From assembly GCF_009914755.1 (NCBI RefSeq), contig NC_060928.1: a stretch of DNA of 64,000 bases, one strand, 5' to 3'. The number at the start of each line of letters is the position of its first letter. The first letter of the stretch is position 1. The notes beneath the pieces are model-generated. The model saw nothing but the letters and a program-made list of their open reading frames with translations. It had not been told where the DNA came from and did not search any database. A program made the translations under genes and the position numbers. Positions 17,341 through 30,744 of the stretch are shown here, in pieces. Origin of the DNA: the human T2T-CHM13v2.0 reference genome, Homo sapiens.

Positions 17341-19024
17341 CAGAACTAATTGTTGTAAAAGTGTATATTTTCCTTTTGCAATTAACACAGTAGCATAAGT
17401 ATTTCTCCATATTACAGTATTTACTCTTTAAGTATTTTTTATGTGGCTCGCCATCTGTTCATTGCATAAAAATCAATTTCAAGATTGTTGGACTCTTTGA
17501 CTTATGTTTATCACCACTATAAACCAGGGTTCTTAGCAAGGCAATTTCCCACATCATTTCCTACTTCCTCTTCACTTCTATAAACTGTAACTAAATCTTC
17601 GTAAAACAGACAGAAGCAAAGTCTTAACTCAAAGACTAATGAGCATGGCAAATCTAATGAAAAAAATCCTAAAACTTTTTTTATGCCTGTTGGTTTATCT
17701 TGTAATTTAATGGCAACACAGTAAGCATTAAGGGACCCTCTTCCTTCTTTTTTAAAAATGTGACTTCTCTTATTCCAATTACATTTAAAAACCCTTTTCT
17801 CAATTCAACACTACATTTTACATAAAAGCAATAAACAGGGCATGAAGAAAGTTTCTACATTTAATTTTGTTATATCTGTTTTTTAATATCTGAGGATGAT
17901 CACGTGTTCATTCGCTAATATGATTAATATGATTACTAGAGTGTTTTGTATGGTACTGAGGCCATAGTTTAGTGGGATGAACTGCCATGTAAACCAAAAC
18001 TTATTACACACTTCCAAATAAGGGCCATTAACAAAATATGTAAATATGTAAAGCTAAAAGATCTTTATTTTCTGTGTTTGGGATTTCATTTTAGGGAATG
18101 CTATCTAAGAAGCTTCTTCAACAGGTAGCTAACCGGCTAATACTTAGAGAATCTGCTTGATGTGTAAGGGCAGGTTTATCATATTTCAAAAATGTGTACA
18201 CTTAAAGTATATGGTAAGAACAATATTGTTACCTTTCTGAAAGCAATAAACAGTATTTCATCAAATTTATTTTGTATAGATTAGATGAGGGAGAATTTCA
18301 ATTAACAGTTAGAACTCTATATTCTTAATATATCAAAATATCTCAAAACCAAGTTATCAGTTTAGATAACAAACTATCAAGTGTGCAAATATATGTAAGT
18401 ATTGCCTCTTGACTCAGTTTTAAAGAGCTGTTTGGAAGCTTAACGAATTGCTAAGCAATAATAAATTACATATCAAAAAGGGAATCTGTATACCTTTGGG
18501 AAGACTAAAGTTTGTATTGTCATCACTGTCTGGCAAAGCATGAGTAAGTTTAAAACATATTTTTCTATAGTAGAATGATATATCTTTCAGCTGAGAGTTT
18601 GGGGTCTTTTATGTAAATCTTTTTACCTGAGTATATCTGAAATTTCCTTTTAGAATCATCTTCAAAGTAAGGACAGATCAAAGTGTCAAGGTGCTAGATC
18701 AAAAGCAATGCCTTTTAAAAACTCTTATTTTTTGCTGTAATTCAAAGAAAGTTAGTAAATATTATCATCTCAACATCATTATAGGGAAGTAAAAATTTAA
18801 TATGGGCCCTTATATGCTTACCTTGAAAAGCAAGAGGACCTTGTAAAATAAAAAATAGAAAAGTGAGAGACAACATTATTTCACACACTGAACAAAATAG
18901 CAGCAAACGTTAGTGCCATCAAAAGCAAATAAAGGTTTCACAAGTGTTACCATTTTGTGCATACCTCCAGCTTAGCAATTGTTACATTGAACTGTGGTGG
19001 TATGCTTATATTTTGTTTTTCTTA

Positions 19025-19135
19025 CTGTACTGTAAACCTCTAAAGGAAGGACACTGTCTTATTTATCCTTGTTTCATTAGCCCCTAGAACAAATTATAGC
19101 CTCACAATAGTGCCTTAAGAAATGCTTAAACAACT
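19025..19135 (+). mobile_element. L2 3' fragment
   Basis: CTGTAAACCTCTAAAGGAAGGACACTGTCTTATTTATCCTTG. Confidence 0.55.
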
Positions 19136-19794
19136 GAAATAATAATAATAATAAACCCTTTGATAATGGGGTGTTTTAAAATAGCTGTGCCATGGACAAG
19201 ATAGAATAGTCTTGTGAGTAATTTTGTCATATGTAAAGCCTAAAAGAAGTTGTAAATGGACTAATCAGATAACATTTACTCTGGGATATGTTTTTCTTTC
19301 ACTTAAACCGTTACATATGTTTACCTTAGAATATAAAAACAACTTAAAGCAATGCTCTCATATTAAGACATGAAGCTTACTTTAGCATTTAGTTTTCTTT
19401 AAAAATGCAGTCATATTTCACTAATATGACAGAATTTATAAATTGAAGTTAGCCATTGGTAATATTTTAATGGATTCTACAAAGCTCTAAATAAAACAGA
19501 TGCCGCTATAGGAGCATGTTTTGTATTTTTACATCATTTGTAGGGAACCTGAGCAAAATAGCTAGGTTACCGATGTTACCAGTGGACCACAACATCTAAT
19601 CAAGAAAGCAGCTTCCTTGTGCTCCAAAAGATCAAAGCCTCAACTAAGGAAAAAAAATACCTCAGAAAATAACCGTTATAAGACTGATACAAAAACTCAG
19701 TTGTCAAAGTACACACTTATTGCATATGCTCACTATATAAAATGTTGACCAAGATTGTAGTATTCAAGATAAACTGTAAATTCAGAAATTCAAG

Positions 19795-20600
<806 letters not shown>

Positions 20601-21132
20601 AAAGAGAGAGATAAGGTAGAATGACACAAAAAGTTGATAGATCCAGAGAAATAATGGCTCAGAAAATGTTGATAAAATCCTTTCCCATATTCTCCAAATG
20701 AAAAGATCTTTAAAAGAGTCAGATTTTTGTGAAGCTATTATGGAAAATGAAAAATGGTTTGTAAAGTTTGAAGTTTGAGGCTATTGGGAACTCTGAGGAG
20801 CAGGAGAGAATGTGGGCATATGAGACTGAGCAAAAGATGGGAAACAAGAACTTATTAAGTACCTGCTGTGAGGCATTTGTTGGAAAATTAGCTCTATAGG
20901 TTATGGCACAATGTTAATGAGCCCAAGGTTGAGTGTTCCCTATTGACTTTGGGATGGGTTAGGTGTGCTATTCAGTGGCCTCTGAATCCAAGAAAGCCTT
21001 GGCAAGCTGTTTACATGTGTTGCTGGGGCTCAGGGTACAGAAATGATTTTGGGAACTCCATAACTCATCATTTCTGCTGTATGCACGCTCTCATGCCGTG
21101 CACATTCCAGTGGCTATTGAAGCATCATTTGG

Positions 21133-21171
<39 letters not shown>

Positions 21172-21172
21172 C
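21133..21172. repeat. (CT)n(AT)n compound microsatellite
   Basis: Directly visible. Confidence 0.9.
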
Positions 21173-21649
21173 ACATGTAAACAAAAAAGAGATTTCTTCT
21201 TTTTACAGTTATTTTCTTGATATTCTCTTTTGATGCTATTATTGGAGAATGTGGTGACAGTTCAGTGAAGTATTGGATATTATGTATAAGAAGTCATAAA
21301 CAGTTTCATATACTTTAATGTAATAATTTATCTTCTGAAAATTTAGCTTAGAAATAATTTGATAACTAAAAGCTCATATCTATAAAAATAAATTGTACAG
21401 TTATTTATGTTAGGTAAAAATCAAATACAAGCTAAATAAAATGCCCAATCATAGAAGAATACCTCCACAATTTTAGAACATTACTGTATATAATGTTATT
21501 CATGAATAAAATAAATATAATTATGGCAACTGAAAAGGAATATAGGAAAAACTCATGAGAGAACGCTGGAAGAAAAAAGCAGCGTAAAATGTGAAATACA
21601 TTATGAATACAACTTTTGAATATTTTAATATGAATACTACAATTGAAAT

Positions 21650-21670
21650 GCACACACACACACACACACA
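21650..21670. repeat. (CA)n microsatellite
   Basis: Directly visible. Confidence 0.9.
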
Positions 21671-21774
21671 GAAACAGAATAATGTAAGAACCTGGTTAAG
21701 AAAGAGAAGTTGGATTAAGTGGGGGCAGGCAGTATAGATGAGTGCTCATTTCTGCAGATTCTCCAGTCACATTG

Positions 21775-22290
<516 letters not shown>

Positions 22291-22429
22291 GAACAGTGAT
22301 AATAGTAATTATTTTTATCATTAGTCATTTTGTATTTTTCCAGTTTTCATTTTTTAATATTAATAATGATAGCAGGAAACATTTAAATGTTTACCTTTTG
22401 ACAGGCAGGGGTCAAAAATATTTACTTCA

Positions 22430-22620
22430 AAACCAAGTATACCTGAGTTTGAGAGCAGCTCTGTAATTTTCTAGTTTTGTAGTATCAGAAATCTTAGCCA
22501 TCTTCCCTGTTAGTTCCACTTTCTATAAGCAACCCACTCATGGGGTGTTGCACAGATTAATATATGATGAGGCTTATAAAGCACTTAGAAATTATTCAAT
22601 AAAAGGCAATTATTTCACTT
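22430..22620 (+). mobile_element. MIR fragment
   Basis: ACCTGAGTTTGA ... AAAGCACTTAGAA ... TCAATAAA. Confidence 0.5.
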
Positions 22621-22893
22621 ACAGTTTACAATTCCAAAAGATAGTTACATATAGGATCAACTTTATGTATTGCAGTTAAGGAAACTAAGATTTGGAAGTC
22701 AAGAGCCTATCCCAGCCACGCTGCCAATGAGAGCCTGAATCAGGATTTAACTCCTAATTGATCCAGTTTACTATTGCTATTACTATTTGTAAATAACCAT
22801 TTGCTATAGCCACATCAATTTCAGAAAAATAAAGCAGTAAATAAAAGGCTGGAGTCACAGCCCTTTGAATCCTGGCCTAAGGGGAGGGGATGC

Positions 22894-23364
22894 TGTTGGG
22901 AGTGAGGGGTTAATGGAAATCCTTTGAGCTTTTCACAATTCCCATCCTCTTTTTTGCTCTCACTCGGGTCCCCTGGCTTGTGGTGCCATGTAATGTCCTG
23001 GCTCTGCCATCAAGCAAGCTGCTGCAGTGCTTGCTTACCCTCACTGCACTGTTTCTTGTATTTCTTCTCTTCATGTCTCTCGACTCACATTCACATGGCC
23101 ACGTTTGGGGTAATGTACTCTGACACATCTGAGATATCTGGTCAGCTTGAGACATTGGATGATTTTCTTCCTCATTTGCTCCTTCTCCAGCTGAGGAGGC
23201 ATCAACTGCTCAGATTCCTAGTCCCTTTCCTGGACTGGAACTCCTCACCCCATCCTCCCAAACCTGTAATCCCCTGAGAGTCTGGGTGTGAGGAGAAATG
23301 GGTGATTGAGACACTCCACCACTGACTGGTATCATGGGCGGAAGGAGAGAGAACTTCACAACAT
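22894..23364. mobile_element. Possible old LTR, family not identified
   Basis: ~470-bp block of higher GC bounded by TGTTG...CAACA. No confident family match. Confidence 0.3.
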
Positions 23365-24309
23365 GCCTCTGCAAGGTGACTTTGTGTAAGAAAATGATCA
23401 AGTAAATAGCAGTTTCTTCTAGCATAAAAAGACACATGACATTTAAATAAAAATGTTGTTAGTATCTTAGCTTGTTTCAATAAATGTTAAGCAGAAGTGT
23501 ATTTATTCAGATATTTTCTCCTCTCATATGTTTTGAATCTACAGTCAAATGTTTTTCCTTTATATTCAGTTTCCCATACCTTTTTCCATTTGGAATCATG
23601 TCAATCAGCTTTGTAGCTAAAGACAGTGACATGCTGAAAGAAGGTGAATACTACACGATCCGGTGTCTGCTTAAGTTTGGTGTTTAATGCTCTAAAAATT
23701 TGGATAAATTAGTTTTAAAAAAGCTGGTAGTAAAAGCCTCATAAAAATTAATCCCAGTTAATGGTATTGTAGGGATGTTCCCAGAGGAGGATAGTACTTA
23801 AATCACAAAATCTTGGCTTGAGAAGGAACCAGTTTTCTTATTTGAAGGTGTGTATGTGTGTGTGTGTGTGTGTTCATCTTCTTGATGTTTGTGAACCTGT
23901 TCTTGGAACTCACTTTCTTCCCATAATTTCATGAGCCATAATGCAATGATTTATCTTTTTTCCTTTCATTCATGAAAGGTCTTTTTTTTTTCTTTTTGCT
24001 TATATATATATTTTTCTGTTCCTGCACTACTCAGTTCCCACCTCTTGTTTTGAGACTATATTCCCTGCCCTGTGTAGTTCATGACTATAAAAATACCAAA
24101 ATCTTCATCCCAATCTCTGAATTCTCCCATCTAAAACAGTGTAAAATCTCTAAATATCTACTATAACTGTGTTCTTCATGGTTATCTGAAACTTAACATT
24201 GTCAAAACAAAATTCATTAATTTTTCTCCACATCAACTTTATTAATACTTTCATGTCATCACATTTATATCCATATATGCAACATATCTATATGTTCTAG
24301 GCTTATGTA

Positions 24310-24562
24310 TCAGTAGAAACTGAGGCCTACTGCCAACAGCTACATGTGAGGGCTTGGGAGAAGATACCATGATTCTAGTTAAGCCTTTTGATAATGGCAG
24401 CTCCAGCAGATAGCTTGTTTGCAGCTTTATAAGAGACCTACCACTAGAGACAAGTAGCTAAGCTTCTTCCAAATTCCTGACCTGCAGAATCTGTGTGAGG
24501 TAATGAATGTTTTTTAAGCTAAGTTTTAGGATAAATTTTTGTGTATCAGAAGAGAACTAATG
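24310..24562 (+). mobile_element. MLT1 (MLT1F-like) MaLR LTR fragment
   Basis: AACTGAGGCCT...GCCAACAGC...AAATTCCTGACC...TTTAAGCTAAGTTTT...AACTAAT. Confidence 0.75.
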
Positions 24563-24854
24563 CCATAACTTTCTAATATAAATAGCATATCCATGTGATT
24601 AAACTGTTTTTTAAAATAGAAAGGATGGAGAATGATCCAGCAGAGCTTTGCTGGAGTTGTGCCTTCCTGAGAAGTCAGACTTGGGATAGAAAAAGGACTT
24701 GGTGGTCCTGGAAGCATGGACAAACTATCCTTGAGGTTCTGTTGGAAATCATAAAGGATTTGAGTCATAAAGATGTTAAAAGTCATCTAAATTAAAACTT
24801 TCACCAAAAGCAACCATCTTCTCTCCAGTCTTGACAAGTAACTGAAAGGATCTG

Positions 24855-27075
24855 AAAAGAAGAGATTCACTTAGGAGGGTTGACAATTATATGGTGGCTA
24901 TAGTGAGGACCCAAGTCATAGCTCAGGCTCTGGTGAAAGAAAGTGAGAAATCGCTCCTTTATCTTTTAATCTTCAAATTATAAAACATGAATAGACAAAC
25001 TTTTGCTACACAGATGGCAAATCTGGCAATGCTGCTGGCACTATGCATGAAATAGTTGGTTTACAGGATGTTTTCTACTCTAAAACAAAATATTCTTGCA
25101 GTGTTTCATGTTCAAGAATGTATTCATCAAATTCCAAAGAGTTTTGGCCTGACTTCAGATAACAGGTAAGCCGCCATCAAAGAAAGCAAGAGTTCCTCAG
25201 AAACAGACTTAGCTGATAAACTGGAAGCATATGCTCAGGATCATGCCACTTTGCAGAATCAAGAGAAGACTAAAGCAGCAGCAGTCTCCATGGAAGTTTC
25301 AGCTAAGATAACAACATCATTAGCAGTAGTTTTCTGCAGCTTATTACTGGCTTTAAGCGTGCACTCATAGGATGTGCTCAGAAAGTGTGATGGTATATAT
25401 TCCTGTGAAGACTGAAGTCAACCTACCATAGTCTTCTGGACTTCTGGAAATAGGAAATTTGCAAATTGCAATGCCCTATTAAGATATGAATTTTTGAAAA
25501 TTAACTGCAGTTCAGTTTTCTGATGCAATATATGTGCTCCTTTCATCACACTGGTTTATGAACTGACAGTGAGGAACAACTTGTCCACCCTAAAAGTATT
25601 CAACATGAGTATACAAGTTAGAAAGTTTTCCTAGTGGAACAACTTAATGTGTAAAGGAATATCAGAGGCTGGGTAATTTATAAGGAAAAGAAGTTTATTT
25701 GGCTCATGGTTCTGCAGGCTGTATAAGCATGGCACCAGCATCTGCTTAGTTTCTGGTGAGGCCTCAGTAAGCTTTTACTCATGGCAGAAGATGAACAGGG
25801 GGCAGTCGTGTCACATGGTGAGAGAGGGAGCAGGAGCAACAGGGAGGAGGTGCCAGACTCTTTAAGAGTTAAATCTCCTGGTAACTAAAAGAATAAAATC
25901 TCACTAAAGAGAACTAATTACCACAAGGGGGGCACCAAGCCATTCATGAGGGATCCACCCTCTTGATTCAAATACCTCCCACCAGGCCCCACCTCCAATA
26001 TTGGGGATCAAATTTCAACATGTGATTTGGAGGGGAAAAATATCCAAAGTGTATAAGGTACCAAATGCTTCTGACTAATATTTCAAAAAGTTTTCCAAAG
26101 GTGTATAGGACTTTGATCTTTGAATGAGAGTAGAAGTGGCTGACAAGATGCAATATGTCAAACATGAGTAGCAATGGTAAAAACTATAATGGGAGAAAGA
26201 TTTACACTCATGCAAAATATAAAACCAAGATAACAGTGGAACCACATGGGAGGCCCATTAACTCATCATTTTTGTTGATTTGAGGTATAAGTCACAGATT
26301 CAACATATCTATTATTAAGAAGAAAAAGGCTAGATATTTTTATACATTTATTTTGTAAGATATAAGGAGTAGACCAGAGTGAGGAATGGTTCAAACAATA
26401 AAGGATATTGGAAAATATAGACTCATTAAATCTATAGTATGTGTTGTACTATTAGAAAGGTGCTGGCTGATGGACTTCTAATGATTGAGATCAATAATCT
26501 GATTGGTATTGTTATTATGCACTTTGCCCTTATATTTTCTCTCTTGGCTTCTATGATATTAACAAAATTGAAATTACTCCACTCAGAAGTTATACAAAAC
26601 TTCCTTTTGAGTGTTTTGAAAACTTTAGAGAAACAGAGTCCATTACTTAACCAGTAAAACTGTTTTTAAAAATAAGTTATAAATCAGAGATAGCATACAG
26701 ATATGATAATAAAAGAGGTAGATTTTATGAAGCCACATTTAGTATGCATGGCTACAGCAACTTGAATTATTCGTTGTCTCTTAAGGATATATTTTGATGG
26801 ATGGAAAGGCAATATTGATCAGTGGGTAGAAGGTGAGGCCCTGACCTCTATCCTGTAAGGTGGTATCAATTAACTAGATATCAACTGCAGCCTTGAGTAA
26901 AGTACACAGAGATTCCTCAAAACAGAAAAAAAAAAATCTAATCCCAGCAATGCAAAGGATATGAGATAAAAGTTACATTATATCTAAGGAGTCACTAGGA
27001 GAGAATTATAATAAAGGCACATCTGATCAGGAAAGCAGTGGCTCTGTCAATTTCTACATTCAAAAAGGCCCATCC
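24855..27075 (+). pseudogene. MBTD1: Ancient processed pseudogene of MBTD1 (FCS zinc finger plus 4 MBT repeats), interrupted by an MST LTR
   Basis: Manual translation across frameshifts gives colinear, intronless blocks matching recalled MBTD1: KRRDS, YTDGKSG, DVFYSKTKYSCSVSCSRMYSSNSK, GKPPSKKARV, KLEAYAQDHATLQNQEKTKAAAVSME, KVFLVEQL, MRVEVADK, TIRKVLADGLLMI, IEITPLRSYTKLPF, LLRIYFDGWKGNIDQWV, DLYPVRWYQLTRYQLQP, SDQESSGSVNFYI. Span minus the LTR is ~1.8 kb, about CDS length. The symbol refers to the parent gene. Confidence 0.9.
25648..26056 (-). mobile_element. MSTB-like MaLR solo LTR inside the MBTD1 retrocopy
   Basis: GAGGCTGGGTAATTTATAAGGAAAAGA...GGCACCAGCATCTGCT...CAGGCCCCACCTCCAA...TTTGGAGGGG. 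MBTD1 homology stops at KVFLVEQL and resumes at GTK. Confidence 0.9.
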
Positions 27076-27363
27076 ACTGGCTCATAAAAAGCTTCAGAGG
27101 GGAATTTTACACAATACAAATTTATTACCAACCCAACTGTACCGTGGCCTAACATTCAACAGAGTGGATATATCAGTTCTAGTTTTGTCAGGTGGCTGAG
27201 GAAACTATTTTAGTCAACATAGTGGAAGTACCATTATATAAAGACAGACCATTTTTTCTATATTTGAAGTTTTCAAAGAAGTTTAAGTGCTTTATCACTT
27301 AGCATTTATGTATTTTGTTAATGAGAACCAAAAATTTAACTCTTTGGTTAAATTATTAGTAAT

Positions 27364-28209
27364 TGTGGCACCCTAAGGGTTAAAAGAAAATTAAAAATGG
27401 GCTTAGCTGGCAGGAACAGAAACAGGGATAGAGGACAGCGAATGTTCTGAGAAACTGGGCCAACTGTAAATGGCTCACTTGCAACCAAACATTAAACCCA
27501 AGTGCTCAGCTCATGGCCCACCTGTGCCGGGTCCGTCCTGCAGACCCTGGTGGAGAGAAGGATGAAAGGAGTACTCAGACACAGGTATGCAGTGTAACAG
27601 CAGCTAGGGGGCTGCTGGCACTAGTGGCTGAAGAAAAGAGCAGTCTCGAACAGCTGGAGCTGCTTATTCAATACACACATAATGCTGAAAGCCTGGAGCA
27701 AACACAATCTGTGGGTAATTAACATTATTGTTGCCCCTTTCAGAGAGCAGTCACACACGTGGATGATCAAAGGTCATTTCCTGGACAACAAAAGTAAACA
27801 AGCCTATTTAAGATAAATCCCCCTACACTCCGTTGTACCTATTCCTCACCCTCTGCCTCAGGGTAGGAGAATAGCTGCCTTCAGCTTATTCTCCCCCAAA
27901 GCTATGCAGAGTCTTCCAATCTTTCAGAAGGCCTGCTCCTTTCCCTATAGCTTCTCCCACCACTCTGACTGATCCCCCACACACCTGCACCCAAGCATCC
28001 TGTTTCAAGCATTTAGCCCAAGCAGCATGACCCTTTAAAAACTCCTCTAGTCTCCACTTCGTCGCAGACCTTCCCTCTGCTGTTTTGCCCATTGCTCTCT
28101 TGCAATATATCTCCCCTTTCTCTAATATATCTGCCTTTCTAAACTTATGACTGTCTTGGTAAATTCTTTTACCGCCCATGCTGGCCTCAGGCAGTCATTG
28201 ACCATGACA
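27364..28209 (+). mobile_element. 5' LTR of a class I (gamma-like) ERV, interrupted by LTR22
   Basis: TG...CA ends, CCCTTTAAAAAC TATA-like box, typical U5 (GTCTTGGTAAATTCTTTTACC), followed within 3 nt by a PBS. Family not assigned. Confidence 0.8.
27525..27981 (-). mobile_element. Solo LTR22 (HERV-K22/HML-5)
   Basis: Reverse strand starts TGTGGGGGATCAGTCAGAGTGGTGGGAGAAGCTATAGGGAAAGG and ends GGACCCGGCA. Perfect 6-bp TSD CACCTG at 27519-27524 and 27982-27987. Confidence 0.9.
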
Positions 28210-28212
28210 TTT

Positions 28213-28230
28213 TGGTAGCCTGTACAGGGA
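28213..28230 (+). promoter_or_regulatory. Retroviral primer-binding site, tRNA-Ile(AAT)-like
   Basis: TGGTAGCCTGTACAGGGA versus TGGTGGCCCGTACGGGGA (complement of the tRNA-Ile 3' end): 15/18, two of the changes CpG-type. Confidence 0.75.
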
Positions 28231-29049
28231 ACCTCTCTACAGGAGACTCTCTCCCCTCTTCCTTTCTGTCTTCCCACTCAGGATCCTCTGTGGACAGCAC
28301 CCAAGATGGAAACAACTGACAGTCTATGGCCAGGGCTATACTCTGGTGAAACTGAAAGGTGTCTGCATGGAAGTGTCTGACTACCACCATCCACTCAGGT
28401 GAGGGACCTAAGTTCATTTTCTTTTTTCAGACTTCCAGCAGCCGACCTCTAGTAGTGCTCTGGTAACTAGTGGTATCTGTCCAGGGCAGCTCCCTGGTGT
28501 TGCCTGAAGGCCAAAGGGCAAACATCTGGCTGCCTTCCAGAAGGGAAAAAGGTTGTTTCCTATCCTTTCTGGTCAGAGGTCTCCAATCCCTGCATGTTGC
28601 AGAATTAGCAGCAGCGGCTCCTCTAGGGCAAATCCACACACATTTTGGGTGACATAAACTCTCTCTTCCTCTTACTCTAATTCTCACATAAAGGTAGCCA
28701 GACCTCCAGCTCCAAATGTTCCCAAATCAGGTGATCGCCAGTGGCCTCAGAGTGATGAATCTCCCCATTCCCATCCCTTCTCCTGGGGCTGGTTCCAGGC
28801 TGAGTTCTCCCTTCACCTTCATACCTCCTGCCTGGACAAGCCATCTAGTGTAAGGTCCCAGCGGTATTGTCCCCAGTGCTGGGAGGTCTTTCCAAATAGG
28901 TGCAATACCCCTCTAGGAAGGACATCTCAGAAGTACCCCAGTGGACTTGAATGGTATCCTTTCCCCTGTCAGGATGCCTTGAGAGAAAGTATGCTTCATG
29001 TCCCCAGCAGATATCAGCCTCCAGTGGCTCATCATTTTCCAGTCCCAGC

Positions 29050-30706
29050 ATGGGGCAAACTTTGTGTATTCCTTCCAACTCACCTCTGTGTTGCATCCTA
29101 AAACATTGGGACAAATTTCACCCTCAGACTCTCAAGAAGAATTGCCTAATTTTCTTGTGTAATGTGGTTTAGCCTGTTGATAAACTCTCAGATCGATTAG
29201 CCTAGACTCTGAATGGGACTTTGGATTTTAATACTTTTTGCAACCCAATCTGTGTTGTCAAAATTCCTCCAAATGGCCTGAGGTTCCTTTTATCCAGGCT
29301 TTTATGTCCCTGGGGTTGGGACCCAGACCTTCAAGGAAACTGTTGAATTTACCTAGCAAAGTTCTTACCTCTCCTGACTCCAGACATTTCAGATGAACCC
29401 TCTTTCATGCTCCCATGGTCAAGATCCTCCCCACCTTCCTCCTCTTCCTCCTCCCCAACAGTGTATCTATTCCTATGCCTTTCCCTCCTTCCACTCCACC
29501 TTCTACCTCCTTCTCTCTGCCTCTCCCCTACCTGGAACCTTTTTCTCCCCTCACATACTGGATTGGGAGCCATTTATTATCCCACTTCAGCCCCAGGAAA
29601 AGTTTTGTCACTCTGAGAAGTGGCAAACCACTTCTAAAAACAATCAGAGTCCATGTTCCTTTCCCATTTTGGACTTCTATCAGATACAAGGTAAACTTAG
29701 CTCCTTTAGGACCAAGGCCAGGACTCTTCTCACTTCATAAAAGAATTCAGAGTAAGTTTTGTTTCCTCTGATCTCATTTGTCTGGACGTTTATATTATCT
29801 TTACCAACTGTTGTACTCATGAGGAAAGGTCCCACATTTTGTCTCTAGCTCAATGGTGGAAAGATGAAGTTCATGACCAGAGCCCTTAGGATTCTGGCCT
29901 GGGGAGAACAGCAGTTCCTGATGTTGATTCTAGATGGACCTACCAAGAGAGAAACACTGGCAGGGAATGCCATAATCCTATAATTACTTGTTTAACTGAA
30001 GGCATGAAAAAGGCTGCCATAAAACTGGTCAACTAAGCCGAACTAAGAGAGGTAACACAGAGGTCAAATGAAAACCTAGCTCTATTTCACTCCAAGCTGG
30101 CTGGAGCCAAGAGAAAATATACTAATGTGGACCCCAAAAGCCAGAAAGCCTAGCTATTTTGAGTGTTTTTGTTTGTTTGTTTGTTTGTTTGTTTTATCAG
30201 CCAGGCATCTCCAAATATTAGACACAAACTCCAGAAACTAGACCAAAGACCACAAACACCATTTCCCATCTTGCTGGATGTGGTTCTTCAAGGTCTTTAA
30301 TAATGGGAGGAAATATCACAGTCTGAATGGGATAGAAAAGATCGAGAAAGAGATGAGTGGCGGCTCACTACCTGGCTGCTGCCATTGCAAACTCTCTGCC
30401 CGTATTAAGGGCTCCTGGCCAGCCATCAGCGTGGAGCCTTATGGGCACAAAGGAGTTCACTATCTGCTATTGCTGTAATCAGCCAGGGCATATCAGCCAG
30501 AACTGCCAAAAGCCTCCTCAACCATCTCTTATTTACTGCAAATAAGTGGGGCATTGGAAATGGATTGCCTCTCTCTTCCTCATGTAGAAGGGTCATCCCA
30601 CAACCAGCAACCCAGTTTGGGAGCACAGCAATGGCAAATGCCCCTAACTCTGTTCCTCAACTGTGAGGAAGCTGACGGAACTGAGAAAGCAGAAAGAGAT
30701 GACTGA
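29050..30706 (+). pseudogene. ERV gag (MA, Pro-rich region, CA, NC), disrupted
   Basis: MGQTLCIPSNSPLCCILKHWDKFHPQTLKK (gamma-like MA), KWPEVPFIQAF, IRVHVPF, MHR-like EVTQRSNENLALF, knuckle CYCCNQPGHISQNC, second decayed knuckle YCK*VGHWK, and DD-TGA at 30704-30706. Many stops and frameshifts. Confidence 0.88.
30166..30195. repeat. (GTTT)n microsatellite inside gag
   Basis: Directly visible. Confidence 0.85.
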
Positions 30707-30744
30707 TGGGGCTCAGAGGCCATCCAGGCCCCTGTGTTTATTCG

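Noticed and set aside
25000-25030. YTDG motif resembling retroviral RNase H
   Set aside because: Context matches MBTD1 (YPDGKSG) colinearly.
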